Shown one piece after another: positions 1-20,584 of a stretch of 64,000 bases of DNA. Every line of letters begins with the position of its first letter. The first letter of the stretch is position 1. Under the pieces are notes generated by a model. It saw nothing but the letters and a program-made list of their open reading frames with translations, did no database searches and had not been told where the DNA came from. Source of the DNA: Eledone cirrhosa (lineage: Eukaryota); the NCBI GenBank assembly GCA_964016885.1, contig OZ024743.1:332878001-332942000 (forward strand), written 5' to 3'. The position numbers were made by a program, and so were the translations under genes.

Positions 1-261
1 GCCAGTAAAGTCACAATACCAACAGCAGACATCCACCATATCATCATCATCATTTTACATATAAATATGAGAATTAGACATGGCATTAGGTCCAATTAGG
101 TTCAGTATCACTAAAGCTGGACAGCTGGAAGCAGAGGTTTTAACGAGGTTGATAACTAAAGTGTTAAAAAATTCCCAAACAACCAAAATGGAGTTTTTAT
201 AGGATGTTGTGCCATAGATCTCAACTCCTGCTAGAGTGGTAAAGGCATGATTTGATGATGA

Positions 262-552
262 TTTCATTTTACGTCTGCTTTTTCCCTGCTTGCAAGGGTG
301 GGACAGGAACTGATTCTGGCTTGATTTCTACAGCTGGATGCCCTTCCTAACACCAACCTCATTTACAGTGAGGGCTGGGTGCTTTTTTGCCGTGGCACCT
401 CCACGACCACTTTGCAGTGGAATGATATGGACCCCAGTTCCTATCATCTCATTTCTACAGCTGAGTAAACTGGAGCAATGTGAAATAAAGTGTCTTGCTC
501 AAGGAAACAACACATCACCCGGTCTGAGAATTGAACTCACTACCTTTCGATT
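262..552 (-). mobile_element. tRNA-derived CORE-type SINE, body and tail; its head is split off to 1134-1164 by a nested insertion
   Basis: Reverse complement matches the intact SINE copies at 10343-10690 and 59033-59372. The sequence breaks at 'ttcgatt' and resumes at 1134 'ggccaattctctaaccactaagccatgtgcc'. Confidence 0.85.
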
Positions 553-1133
553 CATCATCATCATCATCATCATCGTTTAACATCCTTGTTCCATGCTTGC
601 ATGGGTTTGGACGGGAGTTTTCCCACTTGAGGCAAGAGTGGTTGTCTTGCTCGCATAGGACTGTCTGGCGGGTTTTCTACAGTTGGATGCCCTTCCTAAC
701 ACCAACCACATTTACAGTGTGGGGCTGGGAGGTTTTTACCGTGTTGCCTACACGGCCACATTACAGCGTGGACTGTCTGGCAGGTTTTCTACAGCTGGAT
801 GCCCTTCCTAACACCAACCACATTTACAGTGTGGGACTGGGACGTTTTTACCGTGTTGCCTACACGGTCACATTACAGCGTGGACTGTGTGTTTTTTTTT
901 CGTGACACCTACACGATCTCATTTGTTTCGGCCTGGATTTTGTGGCACCAACATAACTTTACATTGAAAGGGGCGGTGTGGATGGGGTGGGGGTGGTGGG
1001 ACAGGGGTGTATTTTGTTAGAGATGCCTACTGACTGTAGTAGGTTTTACTTTGTATTTAGGTAACGCGGGTCTTCTCTGTTACTGAGTACCGCCAAAGGT
1101 CTCGGTCCAGTGACATTGTCTTGGAGAGGTGTA
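553..1133 (-). mobile_element. 5'-truncated RTE family B copy (3'UTR plus last ~70 nt of ORF) nested in the SINE head
   Basis: Near-identical to 49018-49490, with a (CAT)n tail at 553-573 and an internal ~110-bp tandem duplication (~659-770 and ~771-885). Confidence 0.85.
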
Positions 1134-1410
1134 GGCCAATTCTCTAACCACTAAGCCATGTGCCCTATTATTATATATAGCCTGTCATAGGCATTTTAAA
1201 CCTGGAAGAGCCCATTTCTCTTCAGGTCAGAACACAATTGAGTCTTTCCAGAAGAATAAAAAAAAAAGAACAAAAGACAAGTTGATCACGGTGAGATTAG
1301 AACTCAGAGCATAGAGAGCTGGAATGAAACTACAATGTGTTCTAACTGATGTTCTAATGACTCTGCCAATTGCCACTTTTCTTTTAAATAGCCAATTAAA
1401 TTAAAATGAA

Positions 1411-1800
1411 GGCACATGGCTTAGTGGTTAGAGCATTGGGCTTGCAATCGAAAGGTTGTGAGTTCAATTCTCGGACCGGGTGATGTGTTGTTTCCTTGAG
1501 CAAGACACTTTATTTCACATTGCTCCAGTTTACTCATCTGTAGAAAGGAGATGATAGGACTGGGGTCCCTATCATTCCACTGTAAAGTGGACATGTAGGC
1601 GCCACGGAAAAAAAGCACCCAGCACTCACTTTAAATGAGGTTGGTGTTAGGAAGGGCATGCAGCTGTAGAAATCAAGCCAGAATCAGTTCCTGAATGGGC
1701 AAGACAAGGTCAGCCGACTGGACACTGCTCACAACAGGACAACCTGTCTAATCCATGCTAGCATGGAAGAACGGACGTAAAACAGTGATGATGATGATGA
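1411..1800 (+). mobile_element. tRNA-derived CORE-type SINE with RTE-like 3' tail
   Basis: A box TGGCTTAGTGG, B box GAGTTCAATTCT, CORE-like 'ccttgagcaagacactt...cagtttactcatctgtagaaa', and tail 'catgctagcatggaagaacggacgtaaa' followed by (TGA)n. Confidence 0.85.
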
Positions 1801-2170
1801 AGGAAGGAAACAATGATTTTTTTTTTTTGCTTTAATATGTCTCAAGGCAAGAGGCTTAGGCTAGAGTTTATATTGGTTTCATCAGGTGTTGAGCAACCAT
1901 AAATACAAGACTCTGCACTGGCTGGGAGAACAGTTCATCACAAGATTAAAGAAAACCCACCCTCCTGGCTGCTGCTGTTGGTACTCATTTTTTCAGTTAA
2001 GTGGATCAGAATAAAGTAAAATGAAATGCCTTACTCAAAGAGACAAGGTGCTGTCTGGTCTGGGGATCAAACTCACAAAGTTATGATCAAAAGCCCAACA
2101 CCTTCACCACAGGGCAACATACTGTCAATGATAAATGTAAATATATTTTGAATAAAATTTTATGACTCAC

Positions 2171-2277
2171 TTGCAAAAGCCACTTTGATCACATGTCTTG
2201 AAATTTTCTCTAGTAACAGCTACCACACTGTATATTAGACATATACAATATAGAACAACATGCCAATGTTGGGCCAT
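2171..2277 (-). CDS. GANAB: First coding exon of neutral alpha-glucosidase AB (glucosidase II alpha subunit, GH31)
   Basis: Manual translation gives MAQHWHVVLYCICLIYSVVAVTRENFKTCDQSGFC(K): a signal peptide followed by the conserved 'V.R.NFKTC..S.FCKR' N-terminus of glucosidase II alpha. Acceptor 'tttttcag' ends at 2285; donor GTGAGT at 2170-2165 (phase 2). Confidence 0.85.
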
Positions 2278-2419
2278 TGTTGACCTGAAAAATAAATTCA
2301 ATGATTATTAATCTGAAATATTGTTGATTTATAACATTAAAAATAGTTCAATTCATTTATAATACACACAATTTCAATTTTCCAGGGTTAACAAAATCTT
2401 ATCCTATCCAATCCAGGGC

Positions 2420-2656
2420 CTTCTCACTCCTGCTGGAGGAACCTCCCCACCCCCTGGCTGACCACCACACTCACCGTGCTTAGTCAATTGCGGGTTGGTG
2501 AGGCTATTTAACCCATAGTTGGGGTGGATGGCCACTGACTGTTCATCTGTCCTTTTAATCGCTTGTTTTTTGTGCTGCTGGGGGAGCCAGTTTAGTCACC
2601 AACCACACAACCATGTACTGGGTTACATGGTACCAGTAGCAGGCAGAAGCCTGACT
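2420..2656 (-). mobile_element. Degenerate RTE-type 5' module (same type as 59987-60085)
   Basis: Reverse complement 'gtcagg...ctactggtaccatgtaacccagtac...ggtgactaaactggc' aligns with 59988-60070. Confidence 0.55.
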
Positions 2657-4919
2657 TAACAAAATAGATAAGGCTTCATCAAATCAACTGTTTTATGTTT
2701 ATAGCTTAGATGTCAAGGACCCTTTTTTTTATTGCAGGAGCTCTGAGACTGGTGACTAGTGAAGAAAAAAGAGAAGGAAACACCACCCGATAGGTTGAGG
2801 TGGTAGGAAGCAGTTTATGAAAATACTGAGTTACCCTCAGATTGGAGTCCTTGTTCTAATGTTTGCAACAGAGAGGACTCTGTGAAAGCCACCTGAAAGC
2901 CAAATGGTGATGTTACACCAAACAACAGATTAAGTCTACCTTCCAAAATAACACTTATACAAAACAGTGTCTAGTTAGGAGGAACTTGATGTAAAGACAG
3001 TCATTAATATAATTACCAATTTTGGAATAAATTGGAATTTTAAAAAGATGTCCCACTTCCACAACCACTTGCAAATGCAATAAAGATTTCTTACATACAT
3101 TGTCATAAATTAGTAAGGAAAGGGATATCAATTGACTTGACAAATACTAGTACAAATTTTATCACCACTATCCTTGAGGGAGCAAAAGCTCTGGCATATC
3201 CAGAAGAATTTGAACTAAGGATTCTTCAGATGTGTCAAGAGAACAGCAACCTCTCTAGTGTTGGTGACATGATAAAACACACTTAGTACATTCTGTGAAA
3301 TGGCTAGAGACAGGAAGTGCATCCAGCCATAAAAAAAACTTGCCAAATAAAGAGTAAAGAGGACTCTTCAGTTGTGTCAAAGACATGACAACCTCCCAAG
3401 TACAGGTGCCATGATGAAATGCATCCACTGCACTCTACAGTGAGGGATCATATGTAAATGAGATTCAGGCACAGGCTTGTTTGAAAGGTCAGTAACTCTG
3501 ATTAAGTAATGTCAGTGACAACCTATCCAACCCATGCTAACAGGGAAAATGGACATGAAATGATGAAGATGAAAACTAAATATCACAAGACAAATAATCA
3601 AGTGACCTTCTATTGTTGCCACTTCACCACCAATACAAAATAAAATCAATATTACAATGAAATGTTTTATATGACACACTGCTGCTGCTTTTGAATATCA
3701 AATTTGTTGGAATGGATGCAAAGGTAAGAGTTGGAGGTTGCCAATACTATTGTCATTGATTTAAAATTATAATTTCTAATTGTTCCCAATGTTTTTAAAA
3801 GGATTTTTAATTACATTCATGCATCAAGTTGCTGCTACTTCATTCTGTCAAACCCTTCTTTTTTTTCTTTATTGGTGACAAGTTGTAGTGATGTGTGTGT
3901 CCCCGTGAAACATATACATATACACCCAGTCCAAACACAAAGGAACCAAACTCCCACTGTCACTGCCTCCGTTTCTCTTGCTCTATCCATCTCTCATTAT
4001 TATTATTTGATTGTGTCAGACTGAGCAGACCAATGGCTCACAGTCAGCTATATGATTAGGCTGAACCTCAGGGAATTATTGTTTCACACAGCTCCAATTA
4101 CACTGCACACTTAGTAATGGTAACAAGACACTTGCCATTGGTACCATTATAACGAAACCTCAATTAATAAAATCCTTTGTCAAGTTACAACTTTTCTTAC
4201 GGATTCTATATTTCTCTCTGAATTATTTTTTTTTTCTTGGGCCAACTCCATGCAGCTGAACCTCACAAAGGAGATGATCCAGGTCTGAGAATATTGGCAA
4301 TATTTCATGGTATGAGGAACGTGCCTTCCCATGCAAGTGGAATAAAGCAGCACAGAGATGATAGCTAACCTATCTACCTCCCTCCACCCTGAACCTGAAA
4401 AAACAGAGAGGTGGTACAACACTCGTGTACCACTTCCCACCCGCCAGTATACTCCTGATTCCCTACCACCATGCCCCTGATTCCTTTCTCCACCATAAAC
4501 TTGAAGAAGCAGATAGATGGAATAACTTTCAGCTTCTCACCTGTTAATATACTCCTGACTTTTTCACCCAACCCATGCTAGCATGGAAAGCTTGGATGAA
4601 CCTTGATTGATTCACTTTCCCTGCTGAACCTGTTGCACCCCACAAACACTTGCCCAACTAAGGAAAGCCTGGCACACCTAAAAATGACAAACACCACCAA
4701 CCCAACCACTAGCCCCAAGAAGTATATAGTTGCTCCCTTATAGGTCACCAAGAGAAGCCAGGTACAGCCCACAATATATCAGACAGCATCCACTTGCTTT
4801 GAGACCACTACTATGACTCGCCCACTTCCAGCAGTGCAATACCTGTACCCCAACCTCAACCCATACCAATTCCTCCCCAGCATGACCATGTACACTGAAC
4901 ACCCTAGTGTTGTAATAAA

Positions 4920-5150
4920 GTAGTCCTGGTGCCACAACAAAAGCACCCAGTCCACCCTGTAATGTGGTAATGCTGGTGCCATGACAAAAAAGCACCCAAT
5001 CCTCCCTGTAAAGTGGTAGTGCTGGTGCCATGATGAACAGCACCCAGTCCACCCTGTAAGATGGTAGTGCCAGAGTCGTGATAAAATGCTCCCCAGTACA
5101 CGCTGTAGAGTGGTTGGCTTTAGGAAGGATACCAAGCCATAGAAACCAAG
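4920..5150 (+). repeat. SINE-body fragment with ~55-bp internal tandem expansion
   Basis: Repeated unit 'ggtgccatgacaaaaaagcacccagtccaccctgtaaagtggtagtgct', about 4 copies, then an 'aggaaggatacc' motif. Confidence 0.6.
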
Positions 5151-5189
5151 TCAAAACAAAATGTACAACTGTCTAACACATACAGTGCA

Positions 5190-5815
5190 CTCTAAAATTT
5201 CACCAAAAATACATAGAATACTTGTTTACAACATCCTACAAGACATGCGACTGAAAGGAAGAGACAATGGAGACTTAGGGCCTTGAGGAAAAATGGAAAT
5301 TTCAGTATGTTTCCAGCAAGACAGAAAGTGACATGGCAATGGAATGATAAAAAAAATGAAAAAAAAAGAGGGAGAGAGCAATACCAAATAGAAGAAAGGC
5401 TAGGCAGATGCAGAAAAGAAGTTTGCTTATGTTCTAAAATGAGAGGATCAGAGGTGTGAAGTGTTTTAGATTGTGATGGAGTAAATTGAGATTTCAGGGA
5501 GAAATGTGTTCAAATGATAGAAAATTTGCTGCCAGGAAGAAAAAGACTGCTGAATGAAGAGAATAAACAGGAGTGAGGGACTACCCCATGTATATGTAAC
5601 AGAAGGACCAACCATAAAAGTTAACAGCAGTGTGATAGACAATGTGATTAAGGATATGAAGGTATAGAAGGCAGCTGGACCATCTGGTATAGTTACCAGG
5701 ATGCTAAAAACAAGTGGCTTGGTAAATGGCAAGCTAGTCAGATGCACAATCAGCCAAGTAGTAGAGGGTGGTGTCACATCAAATGACAGATACAGCAGTA
5801 TCATAATATAATGTG
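5190..5815 (+). pseudogene. Highly decayed RTE ORF fragment (EN-RT linker region)
   Basis: 'aaggcagctggaccatctggtatagtt' and 'ggtggtgtcacatcaaatgac' correspond to RTE-A 30317-30440 (KAAGPSGIV...GGVIPKD); many stops. Confidence 0.6.
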
Positions 5816-6159
5816 CTCCTAGATACATTATATCTGAAAGAAATAATGACATAATCACAGCTGGAATTCATGTGATTATGTCTACTTCATCAGATAGGAA
5901 GAGAGACTAATCAATAAGTAATAAAATATGTATATATAGAGTCAAAAAACTGAAATATGATAGGACTGGTACCTCTATCATAAACTCTATGTCCTGTTCT
6001 GCATGAAACGGCATTAGTAAGACATTTCTTGTAAAGTACAAAACAATTTAAACTAATACTGAAAATATTTACAACAATCTGTCAACCAGTAAAGATACTA
6101 TAAACATTTGAATTAACCAACTGACTTTTAGGTATTTTCTACTAAATCATTACGGGATG

Positions 6160-6805
6160 TTGAGAATTAAAGCACCCAAGAAACTTTCTATAAAATATAA
6201 CCTTGTAGATCAGGTGTGAGTTGTATCAATATGACAGGACTGGGGTTCTCATTAAAACATCCAAGAAACTTCCTTGAAATACCTCATAGGAGACTAGCTA
6301 AACCTATATAGCATAACAGGACTAGGCCCCTATCATTAAAACATCCAAGAAACAACCCCATAGGAGACCAGCTAAACCTACATAAGTGTGAGCAATATAA
6401 CAGGACCCCTATCATTAAAACACCCAAGACACTCCCTATGATACATAACCTCATAGGAGACCAGTTAAACCTATGTAGGTGTGAACTATAACAACATAAG
6501 AGCGGAGCTTCTAATCATTAAAACTACAAAAAAAATCCTTATGATATATAACCTCATAGGAGACCAGTTAACCCTTTAGAATTTAAACCAGCCATATCCG
6601 GCCAGAATTCTCTCACCTCTTTCTGTTCAAACTGGCTGTAACCGGCCACTCATACTGACATTAAGATACAGTTCTCAAAATAAATAACATCATCATAGAT
6701 TCCATATTATGTAAGATAATTATGTGAGATAAAGCTTTTACCATGAAAATATAATAGTAATGCAAATGCTAAAGGGTTAAACCTATGTATGTGTGAACTG
6801 TAACT
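6160..6805 (+). repeat. Degenerate minisatellite, ~85-100-bp unit, about 5 copies
   Basis: Recurrent 'attaaaacatccaagaaac...cctcataggagaccagttaaacctat' at ~6167, 6251, 6335, 6414 and 6517. Confidence 0.7.
6572..6776. mobile_element. piggyBac-type MITE with TTAA target-site duplication
   Basis: TTAA|CCCTTTAGAATTT ... AAATGCTAAAGGG|TTAA. The empty site 'gagaccagttaaacctatgta' is visible in the preceding minisatellite unit. Confidence 0.85.
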
Positions 6806-7633
6806 AGGATGGAGAATTAATTTGAAGTTGATAAAGCAAGAAATTATTTTTTTGTCTCACTGCTTTAAGTAGAAATCCTGCCTGAGTTAATTTTACTGCT
6901 CATTCCTCCTCCTACATTAGCAATTAAACAAGGAATAATCAGTAATTTACTGGGGTTCATTCAGTCAACTAACTATACCCTTCCTTCTACTACAAAAGTT
7001 GGCATGACATGTTATCAAAAGAAATCAATAATCAGGATAAATTTAGAATTAGACATCAATGGTGCACATATTACAGTTCAATAAATCAAATGGATCAATA
7101 CTGTAATTATTGTGTTATCATAATAATACATTATAGAATATAACATAGGTAGAATGTCACACATTTATAGATGAGGAGGGCATGGACTGATAATGGAAAC
7201 AGGCATTTCTCAAGGATATTTATCAGAACAGCTGACATGAGTCATAAACCACAATTGTCATATCCCCCTGACAACCTTTTCACCCCTTATCTCCTTCACC
7301 TCACCCTCATCAAATTCCACCACCATATGTATTTCAACAACTCAGAAGATATGACCATGAAAATGACATCAAACAAACAGATCATAAAACAACATCAAAC
7401 AACCAACAGCTCAACAAACACATCAAACAGCAGCAAACAGATCATCAAAGTAAAATATTAAAACTAATCACAGTGTAAATAAAGGATCATAGATGACTGT
7501 GAGGTGGTTAAAGAGACAATCTAGAAACAGTCAAATTTGTTTTACAGAAAAGTTAAGTATAAAAAAATAAATCTGTAAAATATCAACTATTTTAAAAATG
7601 AAATTATGGAGTTAGACAATTTCAATAGTTTAA

Positions 7634-7880
7634 CCCTTTAATGACTGCATTTCTAATGAAATACACTGTATTTTAATTAATTAATGAAGAATTTTGAAGG
7701 ATTTACTAAAATTATTAATGACTAAAATTATTAATGATTTCATTACTACTAAGTAACTTAATGTAAGGTTCTTATATAAAATTATATTGGAAGGTTTTAA
7801 TTTAAATTGGAAACATTTAAAATGGGTGGTTTTATGTCATAGAACCAGAGCCAGTTTTAGCCAGGTTGGTAACTAAAGAG
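7634..7880. mobile_element. Older piggyBac-type MITE of a different family
   Basis: TTAA|CCCTTTAATGACT ... GGTAACTAAAGAG|TTAT; degenerate TIRs. Confidence 0.55.
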
Positions 7881-8599
7881 TTATTCTTTTACCTGTTCCA
7901 GCCATCTGTCTGAGGCCGTTTTGTTTTTCTTTTGAAATTTAAATTTGTGGATTCTCTAAAGACATTATATTGAAATTTCTTTTACATTTATCGACAATGT
8001 GTATCCTTAACAATATAACAAAAAGGTTAAACTTTCTTATTAGAATTAGGAGTCCGACAAAGACAAAATATTCCAAGTTAAAATATAAAGAAAAAGAAGT
8101 TAAAAACATCTGCTTATCCTTCACTTGACAATAGCAAACTGAAATATATTCCCAGTCCATTTTACATAAAAAAGCATTAAGCTTGTTACATATCACACTA
8201 GGTTTTCATTTGTGAACGTTACTCTCCAATTCATCCTCAATAATGGCTTTGAAGAGGGATCATTCTTATAAATAATGTTACACCTTTTTCACTGTGATGC
8301 ATCTTATATAGATACACAACATTTCTCAACCATCAAAAGCGATAATTTTCCTGTAAGGAATCCTATATATGAACAGAATGGTAAAAGAATGCATGTTCCA
8401 ACCCTTCAAATGAAGCCTCTGATTAAATAACCTGCTAGAAATAGCATCCAAATCTACCTCTAATCACACCCTACCATCTCCAATAAAGGTTTCATCATCA
8501 TCATCATCTTCGTTTAACATCCATCTTCATTCAATAATATAACCCACTCCCATCACTGCCTTCCCACCCACCCCAGCCAAGGACACAATGAACACTTGC

Positions 8600-8940
8600 G
8601 TTGTAATGAAGTAATGCTGGTGTCATGATAAAAACATCCTATCCACCCTGTGGTAGTGCTAGTGTCACAATAAAAACACCCAATTCACTCTGTTAAGCAA
8701 TAGTGCCGGTGCCATGATAAAAGTCCACTCTGGTAGATGGTAGTGCTGGTACCACAATAAAAAATACCCAATCTCTACTGTAAATTGGTAGTGTTGGTAC
8801 CATGATAAAAACACCTAGTTGACCTTTAAATGGTGGTGTTGGTATCATGATAAAAAAACAGCCTATTGACTGTTAAAATGGTAGTGTTTAGCTTCATAAC
8901 ATGACAACCCCATCTACACATGCAAGCAAGAAAAACAGCA
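8600..8940 (+). repeat. SINE-body fragment with ~55-bp tandem expansion (about 5 units) and RTE-like tail
   Basis: Repeated 'ggtagtgctggtaccacaataaaaaataccca', ending 'acatgcaagcaagaaaaacag'. Confidence 0.6.
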
Positions 8941-8945
8941 GTTAA

Positions 8946-9161
8946 CCCTTTAGCATTTACATTACTCTATATTTACTATTGTATTTTCACAGAAAAGGCT
9001 TCACATAATTATCTCACACGATATCAAATCTATGAGATTTTTATATTATTTATTTTGAGAACAATACCTTAAAGTAAGCATGAGGAGTCATTTATTGCTG
9101 GTTTGAACAGAAAGAGGTGAGAGAATTCTGTCCGGTTATGGCCAGTTTAAATGCTAAAAGG
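8946..9161. mobile_element. piggyBac-type MITE, same family as 6572-6776 in opposite orientation
   Basis: TTAA|CCCTTTAGCATTT ... AAATGCTAAAAGG|TTAA. Internal 'tttgaacagaaagaggtgagagaattctg' is the reverse complement of 6603-6632. Confidence 0.85.
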
Positions 9162-9540
9162 TTAAATGGCACCAAATAGAAATCTTACCAAACAAAGGGT
9201 TGGGAGGACCCTCAGTTGTGTCAAAGGCATGACAACCTCTCCTCAGCACTCAATGGAATACAAGACCATACATAAGAGCACTGGTCCCTGGCCTGCCTGG
9301 GAGATCAATGGTTCTGCTTCAATACTGACTTGGTCTATATGGACCCATCCTACACTTGCTAGCAGGAAAAGCAGACGTTAAAATAACAATGATGATGAAT
9401 ATGTCTGAGACACCTTTCATCATGTCTGCTGATTCAAGGTTGATCTGAGACAAAACAACAACTTTTCATACGATCGTACTTGTTAATAACCATTGTTTTA
9501 ATCTTTTGTAGTTTTTAATTATTTTCTGAGAATTCGGTTA

Positions 9541-9735
9541 TTAAAATGACATATATAGATATATATTTAAAATGACATATATAGATATATATTTAAAATG
9601 ATATATATAGATAGATATATTTAAAATGACATATATAGATATATATAGATATATATATTTAAAATGACATATATAGATATATATATAGATATATATATTT
9701 AAAATGACATATATAGATATATATATTTTTTTTAA
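9541..9735 (+). repeat. Minisatellite 'ttaaaatgacatatatagatatatat', about 6 copies
   Basis: Visible tandem units of 26-40 bp. Confidence 0.8.
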
Positions 9736-10013
9736 ATGAAAGCATGTAGACAGTAGATGAGCAAAGTTAACCACTGATGCAAGATCAATCAACTGCATAC
9801 TTGTTATCTTATTGGACATGTGAGCTATGGCTGGTGTCACTAAAATAAATTTGGTGACTTTTCTCTCGCGTCTGCCTCGCGTGTGTATGTATGTATGTAT
9901 ATATATATATATATAAATGAAGTAATTCCGTCGGAAAAGTCCAGGAAAAAAGAGTGCTCTATGTAGGTAACAGAGCTTAATAGTTATGTAATAAACAACA
10001 TAAGGCAATTATT

Positions 10014-10069
10014 CCATTTACCAGTGGTTTCTTAAAAGGAAAAAATTTTGCTTTCAATCATCAGAATGA
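10014..10069 (-). ncRNA. Type I hammerhead ribozyme motif with intact core
   Basis: Minus strand reads tcatt-CTGATGA-ttgaaag...cttttaa-GAAAC-cactg-GTA-aatgg; stems I, II and III all pair. Confidence 0.75.
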
Positions 10070-10082
10070 GAAAATAGGATTT

Positions 10083-10142
10083 TTTCATTCTGATGATTGA
10101 AAGCAAAGTTTTTTGCTTTTAAGAAACCACTGGAAAATGGAA
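10083..10142 (+). ncRNA. Inverted copy of the same hammerhead with U16.1 mutated (GTA to GAA)
   Basis: tttcatt-CTGATGA-ttgaaagcaaa..tttgcttttaa-GAAAC-cactg-GAA-aatggaa; forms the right arm of the palindrome 9998-10156. Confidence 0.65.
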
Positions 10143-10160
10143 TAATTGCCTTATGTATAT

Positions 10161-10316
10161 ATCATCATCATCATCATCAGGTTTAGCGTCCGTGTTCCAC
10201 GCTTGCATGGGTTTGGACGGGGGTTTTCCCACTTGAGGCAAGAGTGGTTGTCTTGCTCGCATAGAACTGTCTGGCGGGTTTTCTACAGTTGGATGCCCTT
10301 CCTAACACCAACCACA
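10161..10316 (-). mobile_element. Short RTE-B 3'UTR fragment
   Basis: (CAT)n followed by 'cgtccgtgttccacgcttgcatgggtttggacgggg', as at 49045. Confidence 0.8.
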
Positions 10317-10342
10317 TATATATATATATACACACACACAAT

Positions 10343-10690
10343 GGAGAGACATGGCTTAGTGGTTAGAGCATTGGCTTTGCAATCGAAAGGTTGTGAGTTC
10401 AATTCTCGGACCGGGTGATGTGTTGTTTCCTTGAGCAAGACACTTTATTTCACATTGCTCCAGTTTACTCAGCTGTAGAAATGAGATGATAGGGACTGGG
10501 GTCCATATCATTCCACTGCAAAGTGGTCGTGGAGGCGCCACGGCAAAAAAGCACCCAGCACTCACTGTAAATGAGGTTGGCGTTAGGAAGGGCATCCAGC
10601 TGTAGAAATCAAGCCAGAATCAGTTCCCGTCCCAGCCTTGCAAGCAGGGAAAAGCGGACGTAAAATGAAATGATGAAATGATGATGATGA
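10343..10690 (+). mobile_element. Full-length tRNA-derived CORE-type SINE with RTE-A 3' tail
   Basis: A and B boxes, CORE-like segment, and tail 'ccttgcaagcagggaaaagcggacgtaaaatga' identical to the RTE-A 3' end (31918-31950). Confidence 0.9.
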
Positions 10691-11880
10691 TACACACATT
10701 CTTTAAAAGTACAAAACAGTACTATGACTGCAACACTCTAAAAATTCAAGTCTTTATAATGCAAATTAAAGTTTTTAGTTTATTGCAAATTTTCACAATA
10801 ATCTGTCCAGTAGTAAAGATATGATAAACATTTAAATTTGCAAACCACATTAATAAGATATTCTTGAAAAGTACCAAACAGCTCTATGGCTGCATCACTT
10901 TAACAATTCAAGTCTTTATTACTGCAAATTTTCATAATTTATCCAGGTGGAATCAAGAGACAAGACCTCATTTGCTTGTGAGGTGGAACTCATCAAATCA
11001 GACCAAAGAAATTGTATAAGTTTTTCCATTGCTGATGCTATCTATTGGTTGCAACTCCAGAATTAGCAAACCACATGAACCCACAGTAAAAAGACATTCT
11101 TGAAAACTACAAAACATCATTATGCCTGCATCACTTTAAAAATATAAGTCTTATACTGCAAATTTTCACAATGATCTGTCCAGTATTAAAGATAGTGTAA
11201 ACATTTGAATTAAGAAACCCATTTTAAGATATTCTCTGCTAAATTATTAAAGAATGTTAAGAGTTAAATAGAAGCAGCAAATAAGTATCTCCAGACTCTC
11301 TGATGAGAATGATCATTTAAAATAGAAAACAGCATGAGCCAGTGAAAATGTTTTATGTGTCAGACTGAATGTGAAGTATTCTTCATCGAGAATGAAAAGA
11401 AAACAGATGAAAGAGCTTGATACGGTTTATAAGAGAGAATATCTACTACTGCAGCTAACAGATGGTTGAGATTAACAGATGAGGAACAACAACAACAACA
11501 ATAATTGTATGATAAGGAAAAGCAAGTATGGTGAAGAAGTACACTTCAACAAAGATAAAGGGAAACAATTTAGTATCTGGTGAAACTATTGCAATCTATA
11601 GACCTAATCCAAAGAACAAAGTAATAAAGGTAATGAAAACTTGTTAGAGAGATTTCTACAGACAGGTGGATAGGTGAGAAAGATTTCAATACTTCAGTAC
11701 ATATTCCCAAGACTAATCATCATCACTGTTTAACTGCTTTCGTTCAAGCTTGCATAAGTTGTCACATCAGGAGCTTAGTCAAGTTAAGTGACCATGTCTT
11801 TCTCATGTTAATAAGAAAATCTCAGTCCCTGCCAATTTTAATAAAAAGTTAATGAATATTATATGTATATATATGTATAT

Positions 11881-12557
11881 ATCTCAAGCTGTGGCACGCC
11901 ACCCAGGCTTTGCTCTTCCTCTCAACCACATCATCTTCTGTATTCCCAATCTTTGCTCCCAAATACAGGAAGTCCTCAACTCATTCCAGCGGCTTCCCGC
12001 CTACATTAGTAATCCTCTCTGGCTTCTCAACATTCTCTACCAGACATTTTGTCTTAGACTCAATCATTCTCAGCCCCACACTCATCCACACAGTCTCAAC
12101 TTCCTGCATCAAATCCTCTGCCTCCTTCACTGTATTTGTCACCAAAACTATGTCATCGGCAAATTCAACATGCGATATCTTTTTTGCCTTAACTCTCCTG
12201 CTTGAGATCGGTGTGGAAGTCGGACCTTCGTGGAGACCTGAAGATCCGCCTCTTCATTGCTGTAGTGGAATGTGCTGCTATACGGGTCTGAGACTTGGAC
12301 ACTGACCAAGAAACTCACTCAGATGGTGGATGGGTGCTATACGAGAATGCTGAGGATGGCTCTGAACAATAATCAGTATACACTGAGGATCAAAAACTCA
12401 GAGCTGTATGGGAGCCTCCCAAAAGTCAGCTCAAAAGTGACACAGAGGAGACTGAGGTTAGCTGGACATGCTCACCGACATCCAGAGTTGACATTGCACT
12501 CAGTGCTCCTGTGGGAGCCCCTGCATGGACACACTGGAAGAGGAAGACCAAGGTTAA
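11881..12557. mobile_element. RTE-clade fragment with internal inversion (11881-12200 minus, 12201-12557 plus)
   Basis: The minus part encodes ...SHVEFADDIVLV...DFLYLGAKI...KAWVACHSLR. The plus part continues LRSVWKSDL...[11 protein letters not shown]...GRGRPRL. Confidence 0.8.
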
Positions 12558-12567
12558 TATATGTGTA

Positions 12568-20584
<8,017 letters not shown>

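Noticed and set aside
55-267. 70-aa minus-strand ORF as a possible next GANAB exon
   Set aside because: No recognisable GH31 similarity or matching splice signals; the next exon probably lies left of the window.
10343-10420. tRNA gene-like sequence (also 1411, 59033, 59790)
   Set aside because: SINE head: no complete acceptor stem, and it continues into the CORE-like body.
10697-11260. Degenerate ~160-240-bp repeats related to 6020-6160
   Set aside because: Old decayed repeat with no diagnostic structure.
11295-11335. CTGATGA plus a short hairpin (gaatg/cattt)
   Set aside because: No properly placed GAAA or stem I/III; may be a relic but is unsupported.
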